Positions 28,564 through 38,015 of a DNA stretch of 59,564 nt are shown here, in pieces; within the stretch, counting starts at the first letter, position 1, and every line of letters starts with the position of its first letter. The translations under genes and the position numbers were made by a program. Below the pieces are notes generated by a model, which was not told the DNA's origin, did no database searches, and worked only from the letters and a program-made list of their open reading frames with translations. Origin of the DNA: Caulobacteraceae bacterium (GTDB taxonomy: Bacteria; Pseudomonadota; Alphaproteobacteria; Caulobacterales; Caulobacteraceae); assembly GCA_051002715.1 (NCBI GenBank), contig JBPCMA010000058.1:1-59564 (forward strand), given 5' to 3'.

Positions 28564-30239
28564 TGGCCCAGCTGCTCGACCAGCACGGCCAGCCGGTGGT
28601 CCTGGCCGCCCTCAAGGAGGAGATCGCCGGCCCGACCATGGCCGGCGTGCGGACCATCTTCTCAAACCACATCGCCCAAGGCATCGATCCGGCGACCATG
28701 GCCCAGGTGATGCTGGGGGCCGAGCAGGGACTGCCCATCGATTACCTCGACCTCGCCGAGGAGATGGAGGAGAAGGATCTCCACTATCTAGGCGTTCTCT
28801 CCACCCGCAAGCGCGCCGTGGCCCAGCTGGAGATCACCATCCAGGCCGGCGGCGACGACGCCCGCTCGGAGGCCGACGCCCAGCTGGTGCGCGACTGGCT
28901 CGCCCGCGACCAGCTCCAGATGGAGCTCTTTGACATCCTCGACGCGGTCGGCAAGGGCTTCTCGGCCACCGAGATCATCTGGGACATGAGCGAGCGCCAG
29001 TGGATGCCCGGCGCTCTGAAACGCCGCGATCCGCGCTGGTTCCAGTTCGACCGCATCGATGGCGAGACCCTGCTTCTGCGCGACGTCGGGCCGCCGCTCC
29101 TCTTGCCGCCCTACAAGTTCATCGACCACCGCCACCCGGCCAAGAGCGGCCTGCCGATCCGCGCGGGGCTGGCCCGACCCGTCGCCTGGTACTGGATGTT
29201 CAAATCCTACACGATGAAGGACTGGGTCTCCTTCGCCGAGGTCTTCGGCATGCCGCTGCGCCTAGGCAAGCACGCGGTGGGCGAGACCGAGGACAACATC
29301 CGAAAGCTGGCGACGGCGGTCTCCAACATCGGCTCGGACGCCGCCGCCGTGATCAGCGAGTCCATGCAGATCGAGTTCATCGACGGCAAGGGGGCGGGCT
29401 CGGGCGGCGACGGGGCGGTCTACAAGCACCTGGCCGACTATTGCGACACCCAGATGTCCAAGGTGGTGCTCGGCCAGACGGCGACCACCGACGCCATCGC
29501 CGGCGGCCACGCGGTGGGCAAGACCCACAACGAGGTGCGCCGCGACATCATGGCGGCCGACGCCAACATGCTGGAGGGGACGCTCAACCGCGACCTGGTC
29601 CGGCCGATGGTCAATCTCAACAACGGGCCGCCGCCCAGCGGCAAGTATCCGCGAATCCAGATCGGGCTGCCCGAGGCGGTCGACATCAAGGCCCTGGCCG
29701 ACTCGCTGCAGATCATGGTGCCCCTGGGGCTCCAGGTGCCGGTCAAGTGGGCGCGCGACAAATTCGGGGCGCCCGAACCGGACGGCCAGGAGGCGGTCCT
29801 GGCCCCCGCCGCGCCGACTTGGCCGACCCGGCGGCCCCCCGCGCCCGAAAGCGGCCTCGACAGGGCCGAGGAAGGCCAGGTGGCCACCGACCCAGCGGAG
29901 GCAGCGGCGACCGCCTTCTTTGCCTTCTCAAAGCTTCTCAAACGCCAATCCGGCGGCGAGGCGGCCTCCGCTGTGGCCGCCCCCGCCGCCTCCGACGCCA
30001 TCGACGCCGGAATCGACGATGCGCTGTCCGACTGGCGGCCGATCGCCAAGGCCCTGATCGGCCCGGCCGAAGCCATGGTCGCCGGCTGCGCGACCCTGCA
30101 GGAGGTCCGCGACCGCCTGGCCGGGGTTGTCGCGGCAATGGACGTCGATCAGGCGGCCACCCTGCTCGCCCAAGCCAACTTCGCCGCGCGCCTGGCCGGG
30201 ATCACGGGACACACCCTCGCAACCGGAGACAAACCATGA
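28563..30239 (+). CDS. Portal protein (DUF935/gp29)
   Basis: EMEEKDLHY, FAEVFGMPLRLGK, SKVVLGQT, HNEVR. Confidence 0.95.
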   Translation: MAQLLDQHGQPVVLAALKEEIAGPTMAGVRTIFSNHIAQGIDPATMAQVMLGAEQGLPIDYLDLAEEMEEKDLHYLGVLSTRKRAVAQLEITIQAGGDDARSEADAQLVRDWLARDQLQMELFDILDAVGKGFSATEIIWDMSERQWMPGALKRRDPRWFQFDRIDGETLLLRDVGPPLLLPPYKFIDHRHPAKSGLPIRAGLARPVAWYWMFKSYTMKDWVSFAEVFGMPLRLGKHAVGETEDNIRKLATAVSNIGSDAAAVISESMQIEFIDGKGAGSGGDGAVYKHLADYCDTQMSKVVLGQTATTDAIAGGHAVGKTHNEVRRDIMAADANMLEGTLNRDLVRPMVNLNNGPPPSGKYPRIQIGLPEAVDIKALADSLQIMVPLGLQVPVKWARDKFGAPEPDGQEAVLAPAAPTWPTRRPPAPESGLDRAEEGQVATDPAEAAATAFFAFSKLLKRQSGGEAASAVAAPAASDAIDAGIDDALSDWRPIAKALIGPAEAMVAGCATLQEVRDRLAGVVAAMDVDQAATLLAQANFAARLAGITGHTLATGDKP

Positions 30240-31240
30240 TCCGCCTTTTCTACTGGAGCCTCGTCGGACTCGCCGCCCTGGCCATCGCCGGCCGGGCGTC
30301 GGCCACCCCGCCGCTTTACACCGACGGCGTCAACGTCCAGTGGCTCGGCGGCTACCCGGCCTCCACCGGGTCCGGGGCCGTCGACAGCGGCACGCTGCGA
30401 ATGTACTGCGCCAACTGTTCCGGCGGCGGCGGGGGTGGCGGGGCGGTCACCGGCGCGGCGGCGAGCTTCGCCGACGGCTGGGATTCGACGCAGGGCGCCC
30501 AGGCCGACGCCGCCTGGTCCGGCTCGGGGGCCGGCTCGCGCATCGCCATCGCCAAATACATCGCCGCCAAGACCGAGGCTGTCCGCGCCCTCCTCGCCGC
30601 GCCCCTCGCGGTCACCGGGACCTTCTGGCAAGCGACGCAGCCGGTCAGCGCCGCCGCCTTGCCGCTACCCGCCGGCGCCGCCACCGCCGCCAAGCAGCCG
30701 GCGCTCGGGACGGCCGGCGCGGCCTCGGCCGACGTGCTATCGGTTCAGGGGGTGGCCGCCATGACCGCGCTCAAGGTGGACGGCTCGGCGGTCACCCAGC
30801 CGGTGTCGGGCTCGGTCTCCATCGCCGGCAACGTCGGCCTTGCCGCCTCCTCTAACCTGATCGGCGCGCTCACCGGTTCGACCGGGGCCACCGGCGCGCT
30901 CTCGATGCACAAGCTGATCGCGGCGGCGACCACCAACGCCACCTCGGTCAAAAGCAGCGCCGGCCGCATCTACGGCGGGACGGTCGCCAACGTCGCCGCT
31001 TCCACCCGCTATCTCAAACTCTACAACAAGGCCTCGGCCCCCACCGTCGGAACAGACACGCCGGTTCTCACCCTGCCGGTTCCCGCCGGCCAGACGCTCA
31101 GCCTCTCCACCATGCTGGCCGGGCCGTTGGGGGCCTATTTCTCGACCGGCATCGCCTACGCGATCACCGGCGCGGCGGCCGACGCCGACACCACCGCCGT
31201 TTCCGCCGGCGACGTGATCGTGGGGATGCTCTACCTGTGA
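30236..31240 (+). CDS. Ala/Thr/Gly-rich protein with an apparent signal peptide (334 aa)
   Basis: GGAG RBS; MIRLFYWSLVGLAALAIAGRASA; QPVS repeats; beta-rich C-terminus. Confidence 0.75.
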   Translation: MIRLFYWSLVGLAALAIAGRASATPPLYTDGVNVQWLGGYPASTGSGAVDSGTLRMYCANCSGGGGGGGAVTGAAASFADGWDSTQGAQADAAWSGSGAGSRIAIAKYIAAKTEAVRALLAAPLAVTGTFWQATQPVSAAALPLPAGAATAAKQPALGTAGAASADVLSVQGVAAMTALKVDGSAVTQPVSGSVSIAGNVGLAASSNLIGALTGSTGATGALSMHKLIAAATTNATSVKSSAGRIYGGTVANVAASTRYLKLYNKASAPTVGTDTPVLTLPVPAGQTLSLSTMLAGPLGAYFSTGIAYAITGAAADADTTAVSAGDVIVGMLYL

Positions 31241-32028
31241 CCGCCACCCTCGTCCTGCGCGGGGTCTACGACGCCAGCGGGGCCGGCCAGGTGATCGTCG
31301 GCCAGCCGGCGGTGTGCCTGCTGCAGCTCACCATGCCCAACCCAGCCGGGTTCGGCCCCGATGTGCCGCAGAGCCTGGACGGCCGCGCCTTCGTCCAGCG
31401 GTTGATCGCCGGCGACGGGACCGTGGTCGCCGCCGCGGCCGGCCAGGTGCTCGACCAGGGGCAGATCCGTTTTACCCTCGACGCGGTGACAATTCTGGGC
31501 CTGCTGCCGGCGGGCGCCGGCGCGGTCGACCTGCAACACGCTCTGGTCGAGCTGCTGTCCGGCGGTGACGACCTGGTCATGATCCGGCCGTTCGCCGTCC
31601 GCACCCCCAACGCCGGGGCGCAGACCGCGATCTTTACGCTCGACACCGACAGCGCCGGCCCCACGCCCTTGATCGTGCGCTACGCCGGCGCCCCGGCCGC
31701 CCCGCCCTGGACGCCCATCGCCTTTTCGGCCGCCGGCCTCTTGCAGGACGGCGAGGAGCTGGGGCCGCTCTCATGGCCCGCGCCGATCACGTTCGATCCG
31801 CTGCTGTGCAGCGCCAGCTCGCGCGCCGGGCCGGTCCTGCCGCAAACCTACACGGCCTGGAATTGGGGGACTCCCTTCGCCAACGTGAGCTTCCCGGCCG
31901 GTCAGCGGGTCGGCCAGGTCGTACTCCTCGACGCCGTCCAGCCGGGCCAGGCGCAATATTACGTGACCTGCCCCAACCCGGCCGACATCACCCAGGCGGG
32001 GCTGGCGATCACCTTCGGCGGCCGGTGA
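31237..32028 (+). CDS. Hypothetical beta-rich protein
   Basis: GTGA coupling; coding-like composition. Confidence 0.7.
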   Translation: MTATLVLRGVYDASGAGQVIVGQPAVCLLQLTMPNPAGFGPDVPQSLDGRAFVQRLIAGDGTVVAAAAGQVLDQGQIRFTLDAVTILGLLPAGAGAVDLQHALVELLSGGDDLVMIRPFAVRTPNAGAQTAIFTLDTDSAGPTPLIVRYAGAPAAPPWTPIAFSAAGLLQDGEELGPLSWPAPITFDPLLCSASSRAGPVLPQTYTAWNWGTPFANVSFPAGQRVGQVVLLDAVQPGQAQYYVTCPNPADITQAGLAITFGGR

Positions 32029-32029
32029 G

Positions 32030-33826
32030 TTGGCGCAGATCGGCGATCCCGTCTGGCTGGGCAACGCCTCGGCGACCACCGGGTTTACCGTCGCCCTCAC
32101 CTTGACCGCCGCCGTCCCGGCCGGCTGGACCGTCCTCGTCCCCGCCGCCAACGAGGGCGGGGCGTCGGTCACCTCGATCGTCGACGACCAGGGCAATGCG
32201 CCCTATCCGCTCCTGATGGCGGTCAAGCCGACCGGCGGGGCCTCGCAGATCGCCCTGGCGCTGGCCATCGCCAATCCCCTGCCGATCGGGGCCAAGATCA
32301 CCACCACATGGAGCAACAACCAGAACCTTCACCAGATGGGCGCCATCGCCATCCCTGGGGTCGAGGCCATCGACCGTGAGGCCAACAACGCCAAGGGCCT
32401 CGGCCAGGCGCCGTCCATCTCTTCGGGCGTGATGATCCAGCCCAGCAACGAACTCGTGATCTTCACCCTCCTGGAGATCGGCGGCGGGGCGGACGCCGGA
32501 TACATCCCAGACCAGGCCCTCAATCCCTTCCCGGCCATGACCGGCTCGTCGGTCCTGCACTGGGGATTCGTCCGGCCGCCCAACCGCGCGCCGATCGTCT
32601 ACGGGCCGCAATTCGCCGGTCCGATGAACTGGGGGGCCAAGGCCCTCGTCCTGCGCGGCTCGGCCCCGATCGCGGCGGTTCGGCGCCGTCAGAGCCAGGT
32701 CCTGCGTGGCGGCGCCGCGCCGGCGCCCAGGTCGCCGGTGGTGCGCGGCTATCAATACGACAACACCAAGGTGGACGGCTCGGGCAATCCTCTTTTCTTG
32801 ACCTCGATGTCGTTGCTGCCGGCGAGCATCTACCGGACCGGCGTCGACAACACCAAGATGACCTCGGCGCCCGCCTTCTACGACACCTTGATGGGCCAGG
32901 TCGGCGGCGCGGGCTACAAAGTACTCGCCAACCTCAAAAATCACGACGTGACCGGCGCCACCAATCTGGCCGTCCCGCCGCCCGATCCGGCGCTCTACAG
33001 GGCCCAGATCACGGCGCTGCTCGATCGCTACCCCGGCCTTATCACCTGGATCACCGTGGAGAACGAGCCGGACAGCGGCCTCAACTACCAGCAACAGCCG
33101 CCCGGCCTCGACCCGAACGTGCGGGACAACAGCCAGGCCATCGCCGACGCCACCGCCGCCGCCTGGATCGCCCAGCTGGGCCTCGCCGCCCAGGCCGTCA
33201 CGGCGTGGAACCTCGCCAACCCCGGCCACGCGCCCGTCCAGCTGGGGGCCGGCGGCATCTCCAGCAGCGGCCTCAAGCTGGCTCGATGGTATTTTCTGTG
33301 GACCGGCGGGTTCCGCGCCCAGGCCGACGCCTTCGCGGCCCTGGCCTTTGCCGGCGCCAACGACGACGGGGTCAAGGCGAGCGACCTGCCGACGGTCGCG
33401 GCGCCCACCCGCACCATTTTCGCCGCGAACACCCTGGCCTGGACGCGCACCCTGCAGACCTGGGCCATGCTGCGCGCGATCCGCCGCTCGGGCGTCCGCT
33501 GTTTCTGCCAGCATCTGTTCGGCCGGGCGGTGGACATGGCGCCGCAGCTCGACGCGTTTCAGTGGGTTTGCAAGTTCGTCGGCCTGCCGGCCATCTCCGA
33601 CGCCATCGGGCAGAAGGACGAGACCGTCCTCAACACTGTCGCCGTCGCCTCGGTGGCCGAGATCGCCGCCCTGGCGCTGTGCTCGTGGTTCGGGGCGACG
33701 CCGAAGGCCGGCGACAACGCCGCGCCGATCACCTACCCGGATGGCTCGGACAACGTGCAGGGGCCGCCCGGAACCCTCAACGCCCGAGGCCTGGCGCTGG
33801 CCTCGGTGATCGCGGCCTGGCCCTGA
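32030..33826 (+). CDS. Two-domain protein; C-terminal glycoside-hydrolase-like domain
   Basis: Beta-rich N-terminus; WITVENEPD resembles the clan GH-A acid/base motif. Confidence 0.6.
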   Translation: MAQIGDPVWLGNASATTGFTVALTLTAAVPAGWTVLVPAANEGGASVTSIVDDQGNAPYPLLMAVKPTGGASQIALALAIANPLPIGAKITTTWSNNQNLHQMGAIAIPGVEAIDREANNAKGLGQAPSISSGVMIQPSNELVIFTLLEIGGGADAGYIPDQALNPFPAMTGSSVLHWGFVRPPNRAPIVYGPQFAGPMNWGAKALVLRGSAPIAAVRRRQSQVLRGGAAPAPRSPVVRGYQYDNTKVDGSGNPLFLTSMSLLPASIYRTGVDNTKMTSAPAFYDTLMGQVGGAGYKVLANLKNHDVTGATNLAVPPPDPALYRAQITALLDRYPGLITWITVENEPDSGLNYQQQPPGLDPNVRDNSQAIADATAAAWIAQLGLAAQAVTAWNLANPGHAPVQLGAGGISSSGLKLARWYFLWTGGFRAQADAFAALAFAGANDDGVKASDLPTVAAPTRTIFAANTLAWTRTLQTWAMLRAIRRSGVRCFCQHLFGRAVDMAPQLDAFQWVCKFVGLPAISDAIGQKDETVLNTVAVASVAEIAALALCSWFGATPKAGDNAAPITYPDGSDNVQGPPGTLNARGLALASVIAAWP

Positions 33827-33827
33827 T

Positions 33828-35009
33828 ATGGCGGACATCTCCCTCAAGCCCCTGCCGCCGGCCGAGGCGATCAAGTATTTCCGGGGGAAGGGCCTCAAGG
33901 CCAGCTTCGCCTGGCAGGACATGTGGCAGGAGGAGCACGCCAAGGCGTTCACGGTGGCCAAGGCCATGCGGCCGGCGGTGCTCCAGGACATCCGCGACGC
34001 GGTGGACAAGGCGTTGGTGAACGGCACGACGTTCGAGACCTTTCAGAAGGGCCTGAGGCCGCTCCTCCAGGCGCACGGCTGGTGGGGCAAGCAATGGGCG
34101 ATCGACCCCCTCACCGGCGAGAAGAAGGTGGTGCAGCTGGGCAGCCCGCGCCGCCTCCGGACGATCTTCGACACCAACATGAGGACCGCCTACGCCGCCG
34201 GCCGCTGGGAGCGGGTCCAGGAGACCAAGGATACGATCCAGTTCCTCCGCTACGAGACCGCCGGCGACGACCGGGTGCGCCCCGAGCACGCCGCCTGGGA
34301 CGGCACCACCCTGCCGGTCGACGACGACTGGTGGGACGACCACAACCCGCCCTGCGATTTCGGCTGCCGCTGCACCACCGTCCAGGTCTCCCAGGACGAG
34401 CTCGACCGCCACGGCGACGCGGTCACCGACAAGCCGATCGCCTTCCCCGAGCGCGGCTACACCAACCCGCGCACCGGCGAGGTGGTGAGCGTCGAGGGCG
34501 GCATCGGGCCAGGCTGGGGCTACAACGTCGGCAAGGCCTACCTGGAGCGCGACACACCCTCGCCGATGGGCGCGCCGGACGAAAGCGATGCCGGGGGCGA
34601 GGGCGAGGCGGGCGCGGCGGCGATCGTCGCCGGCTCCCCCGTCGATGACTTTCTCGCCGGCTTCGGGGCCTCGCTCGAAAAGACGGTGATCTGGCCCGAC
34701 AAGACCGGCGATGGCCTGGTGATCGGAGTGGGCCTGTTCAAGGACTCCGTCGGTCGCCCGGTGCGGCTGCCGGCGGCGACGATCGCCGCCCTGCCGCTGA
34801 TCGGCCAGGCGCTAAGCGAGCCGGACGAAATCCGCCGCGCCTGGCGTTTCGGGCCGACCGGCGACTCTCTGCTGGTCCGGCGCTATTTCGCCAAGGTCCA
34901 TGGGGCCGACGTCGTCGTGGACTGGGGCGGCGGCGGCTGGTGGGCGGCCACGTCCAAGGGCGGCGATCTCGCCCGCCTGCGCCAGGGCGCCGTGGCCTGG
35001 CCGCCCTAG
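33828..35009 (+). CDS. MuF (gp30) minor head protein with a C-terminal extension
   Basis: HAKAFTVAK, RRLRTIFDTN, RVRPEH, PPCDFGCRC. Confidence 0.92.
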   Translation: MADISLKPLPPAEAIKYFRGKGLKASFAWQDMWQEEHAKAFTVAKAMRPAVLQDIRDAVDKALVNGTTFETFQKGLRPLLQAHGWWGKQWAIDPLTGEKKVVQLGSPRRLRTIFDTNMRTAYAAGRWERVQETKDTIQFLRYETAGDDRVRPEHAAWDGTTLPVDDDWWDDHNPPCDFGCRCTTVQVSQDELDRHGDAVTDKPIAFPERGYTNPRTGEVVSVEGGIGPGWGYNVGKAYLERDTPSPMGAPDESDAGGEGEAGAAAIVAGSPVDDFLAGFGASLEKTVIWPDKTGDGLVIGVGLFKDSVGRPVRLPAATIAALPLIGQALSEPDEIRRAWRFGPTGDSLLVRRYFAKVHGADVVVDWGGGGWWAATSKGGDLARLRQGAVAWPP

Positions 35010-35043
35010 GCGTTCCGCGCCGGCCGTGCCAGGCTAGCGGCCC

Positions 35044-35226
35044 ATGAGACGGGCCCTGCGCATCCTCGCTGTCGCCGCGCTCGCCGCCCTGGTGACCGGC
35101 GGCGGCTTCTGGGCTCTGGAGCCCGGCCGCCCCTGGTGGGTGACCGCCTATGCCTTCACGGTTGTGACCGGGGTGATCTTCGCCCTGCTCTTCGACCTGC
35201 GACGATGGTGGCGCGGCGGGCGCTGA
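35044..35226 (+). CDS. Small 2-TM membrane protein
   Basis: Two hydrophobic segments, 60 aa. Confidence 0.55.
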   Translation: MRRALRILAVAALAALVTGGGFWALEPGRPWWVTAYAFTVVTGVIFALLFDLRRWWRGGR

Positions 35227-35228
35227 GC

Positions 35229-35264
35229 AAAGAAAAAGGCCCCGGCGTCCCCGCCAGGGCCTTT
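35229..35264 (-). terminator. Intrinsic terminator (probably bidirectional)
   Basis: AAAGGCCCCGGCG-TCCC-CGCCAGGGCCTTT with a preceding A-tract. Confidence 0.75.
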
Positions 35265-35293
35265 CCCTAAGATCGCTAAAATCGCAACAGAGC

Positions 35294-35488
35294 CTAGCTG
35301 GTGATTTCCTTCACCGGCGTGCCGTCGGCGTTCTTCTCGGTGGTCACGTGGCTCTCCACGTGCTCCTTGTTCTTGATCTCGCCGACCTTCTGGCCGTCGC
35401 GGTCCAGCTCTTGCACGGGGCTGCCGTCGGCGTTCTTCTTGCCGGTCCCGAGGACATCGCCCTCGTTCTTGATGGTGGTGTCGGTCAC
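35294..35488 (-). CDS. Moron: 64-aa charged protein with an internal repeat
   Basis: AAGGAG RBS plus GTG; KNADGSPVQEL and KNADGTPVKEI; own terminator. Confidence 0.75.
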   Translation of the reverse strand: MTDTTIKNEGDVLGTGKKNADGSPVQELDRDGQKVGEIKNKEHVESHVTTEKNADGTPVKEITS

Positions 35489-35567
35489 TCGTCTCTCCTT
35501 AAGAGGGGTTTGCAAACCCGCCGCGTTTGGCGGACAACTCCGAGCGTGCGCTTTTCGGCGCGCCCCC

Positions 35568-35591
35568 TTCACCCTGAATTAGTTCAGGGTG
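35568..35591 (+). promoter_or_regulatory. Late-promoter activator site (protease/capsid operon)
   Basis: TTCACCCTGAATTAGTTCAGGGTG with perfect 9-bp arms. Confidence 0.8.
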
Positions 35592-35626
35592 TTTTGCGCC
35601 GGCCGGGGCGGCGACAAGTCGCGGCG

Positions 35627-36661
35627 ATGTCGCGCTCGCCCCTCCATCTGCCCAACACCGCCTCCTGCGCCCACAGCGCCGACGTGGCAGCGAGCGACGG
35701 CGCGCCGAAAGAGTACATCCAGCTCTTCCCCATGGGCGTCGTGCGAGGCCGCGACGGGCGCGGGCCTTATCGCCTGGACGACCCGGCGCACGCCCAGCGC
35801 GTGATCGACGCCAGCCTGGCCAGCGCCGGCTCGGCCGAGATCGCCATCGACTACGACCACCAGATGGTTTTCGGGGCGAAGGACGGTGTCGGCGGGGCCG
35901 CGCCCGCCGCCGGCTGGATCAAGAGCCTCGACACCAAGCCGGACGGCGTGTGGGCGAGGGTCGAGTGGACCGACGCAGCCGCCGCCAAGATCAAGGCCCG
36001 CGAGTATCGCTACATCTCGCCGTTCTTCTCCTTCGACAAGGCGACCGGCGCCCTCACCCGCATCTGGAACGCGGGCCTCGTCAACCATCCCAACTTCACC
36101 GAACTGGCGGCCGTCGCGGCCGCGCAACTGGACACGCCCGAAATGGACCTCAAAGCCGTCGCCAACGCCCTGGGCCTCGCCGAGACCGCGACGATCGAGA
36201 AGATGACCGCCGCCGCCGCCGCCCGGAAGGCCGCGAACGACGCCAAGCCGGCCGAGATCGAGGCCGCCGCCGCCGCCGCCAAGGCCCAGGTCGAGCCCGA
36301 CCCGAAGGCCTTCGTCCCCATGGCCGTCTACACCGAGCTCCAGGCGCGCGTGAACGCCATCGAGGAGACGGGCGCCGAGGCCAAGGCCACCGCCGCCGTG
36401 GACGCGGCGGTCAAGGGCGGCAAGATCACACCCGCCGGCCGCGACCATGCCCTGAAACTCTACCGGGCCGATCCGGTCGCCTTCGCCGATTTCGTCGGGG
36501 CGGCGCCGGTGGTGCTGAGCGGCGAGGCCATGGATACGGCCGCCGCCCGCGCCAACCTCGATTCCCCCCTCACCACCGAAGAGAAGGCCGCCGCCAGCGC
36601 GATCGGCGTCTCCGAGGAGGCCTACCTCGCCTCGAAAAAGCAACTGCTCGGAGCCCGCTAG
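35627..36661 (+). CDS. Mu gpI protease/scaffold
   Basis: GRDGRGPY, IDYDHQ, PAAGWI, VEWT, EYRYISP. Confidence 0.92.
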   Translation: MSRSPLHLPNTASCAHSADVAASDGAPKEYIQLFPMGVVRGRDGRGPYRLDDPAHAQRVIDASLASAGSAEIAIDYDHQMVFGAKDGVGGAAPAAGWIKSLDTKPDGVWARVEWTDAAAAKIKAREYRYISPFFSFDKATGALTRIWNAGLVNHPNFTELAAVAAAQLDTPEMDLKAVANALGLAETATIEKMTAAAAARKAANDAKPAEIEAAAAAAKAQVEPDPKAFVPMAVYTELQARVNAIEETGAEAKATAAVDAAVKGGKITPAGRDHALKLYRADPVAFADFVGAAPVVLSGEAMDTAAARANLDSPLTTEEKAAASAIGVSEEAYLASKKQLLGAR

Positions 36662-36667
36662 ACCGTC

Positions 36668-37096
36668 ATGGCCGCCCTCACCGCCGACCGCAACACCCCG
36701 CGCCGCACCGGCGAGATGTTCGACCGCTTCGTCAAGGGCGGGGCGAAGATCTACGCCGGCGCCCTCGTCTGCCTCGACGCCGGCGGCTTCGCCGTGCCGG
36801 GCGCCGTCGCCACGACCCTTAAGGCGGTCGGGCGGGCGGAACTGGGAGCCGACAACACCGGCGGGGCCGACGGCGCGATCACCGCCAACGTCCGGCCGGG
36901 CTGCTACCGCTGGGACAATTCCGCCGGCGGCGACCTGGTCGCCCAGGCCGACATCGGCGCCGACGCCTACGTGGTCGACGACCACACGGTGGCCAAGACC
37001 AACGGCGGGAGCACGCGCTCGGTCGCCGGCCAGATCCTCTTCGTCGATTCGCTGGGCGTCTACGTGGCGACCGGCGCCGTCCCCTATCCCGTCTAA
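36668..37096 (+). CDS. Capsid decoration/cement-like protein
   Basis: ALTADRNTP...IYAGALV...YVVDDHTV; lies between protease and major capsid gene. Confidence 0.75.
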   Translation: MAALTADRNTPRRTGEMFDRFVKGGAKIYAGALVCLDAGGFAVPGAVATTLKAVGRAELGADNTGGADGAITANVRPGCYRWDNSAGGDLVAQADIGADAYVVDDHTVAKTNGGSTRSVAGQILFVDSLGVYVATGAVPYPV

Positions 37097-37110
37097 GGAC
37101 CCTTAAACCC

Positions 37111-38010
37111 GTGATCATCAACCGCGCCAATCTCGTCAACCTCGGGATCAGCTTCAACGCCGCCTACCAGGGGGCGATCACCCAGGCCAAGCCGCTCGCC
37201 GACAAGGTGGCGACCACGGTCAACTCCTCGACCAAGACCGAGGAGTACGGCTGGATCGGCAAGGTCCCCAACGTGCGCCAATGGCTGGGCGACCGGGTGG
37301 TCCAGAACCTCGCCACCAGCTCCTACACCATCAAGAACAACCCCTACGAGCTCACCATCAGCGTCGACCGCGACGACATCGACGACGACAACCTCGGCAT
37401 CTACGGGCCGCTGTTCTCGGAGATGGGCCTGGCCACCGTCAGCCATAAGGACAAGCTGGTCTACGCCCTGCTGGGGGCCGGCTTCGCCACCCCGTGCTTC
37501 GATGGCCAGCCCTATTTCAGCGCCGCCCACCCGGTGCTCGACGCCAACGGCGCGCCCACCACCTACGCCAACACCGACAACGCGCCGGGCGGCGGCTCCC
37601 CGTGGTTCCTGATCGACGCCTCGCGTTACATCAAGCCGATCATCTTTCAGGATCGCAAACCCTTCCAGTTCGTGGCGCTCGACCGCATCGAGGACGAGAA
37701 CGTCTTCAACCGCCGCGAATACATCTACGGCGTCGACGCCCGCCACAACGTGGGCTACGGCTTCCCGCAGTTCTGCTGGGGTTCGACCGCGCCGCTGGAC
37801 GCCGCCCACTACGCCGCCGCCCGCGCCGCCCTGATGAGCCTCAAGAGCGACTACGGGCGGCCGATCGGCGTCATGCCGGGCCTGCTGGTGGTGCCGCCGA
37901 CCCTGGAAGCGGCGGCGCTCCTCATCACCAACACCATGTATGGCCCCGGCGGCTCGTCCAACGAGTGGTATCAGACCGCCGAAAGCCTCGTCGTGCCCTG
38001 GCTCGCCTAG
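37111..38010 (+). CDS. Major capsid protein (Mu gpT)
   Basis: YGWIG..P.VRQW.GDR, DIDDDNLGIY, CFDGQPYF, KPIIFQDR. Confidence 0.95.
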   Translation: MIINRANLVNLGISFNAAYQGAITQAKPLADKVATTVNSSTKTEEYGWIGKVPNVRQWLGDRVVQNLATSSYTIKNNPYELTISVDRDDIDDDNLGIYGPLFSEMGLATVSHKDKLVYALLGAGFATPCFDGQPYFSAAHPVLDANGAPTTYANTDNAPGGGSPWFLIDASRYIKPIIFQDRKPFQFVALDRIEDENVFNRREYIYGVDARHNVGYGFPQFCWGSTAPLDAAHYAAARAALMSLKSDYGRPIGVMPGLLVVPPTLEAAALLITNTMYGPGGSSNEWYQTAESLVVPWLA

Positions 38011-38015
38011 CGCCG

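Noticed and set aside
37093-37106. CtrA box upstream of the capsid gene
   Set aside because: CTAA-N6-TTAA has the wrong spacing and half-site; explained by stop codon plus RBS
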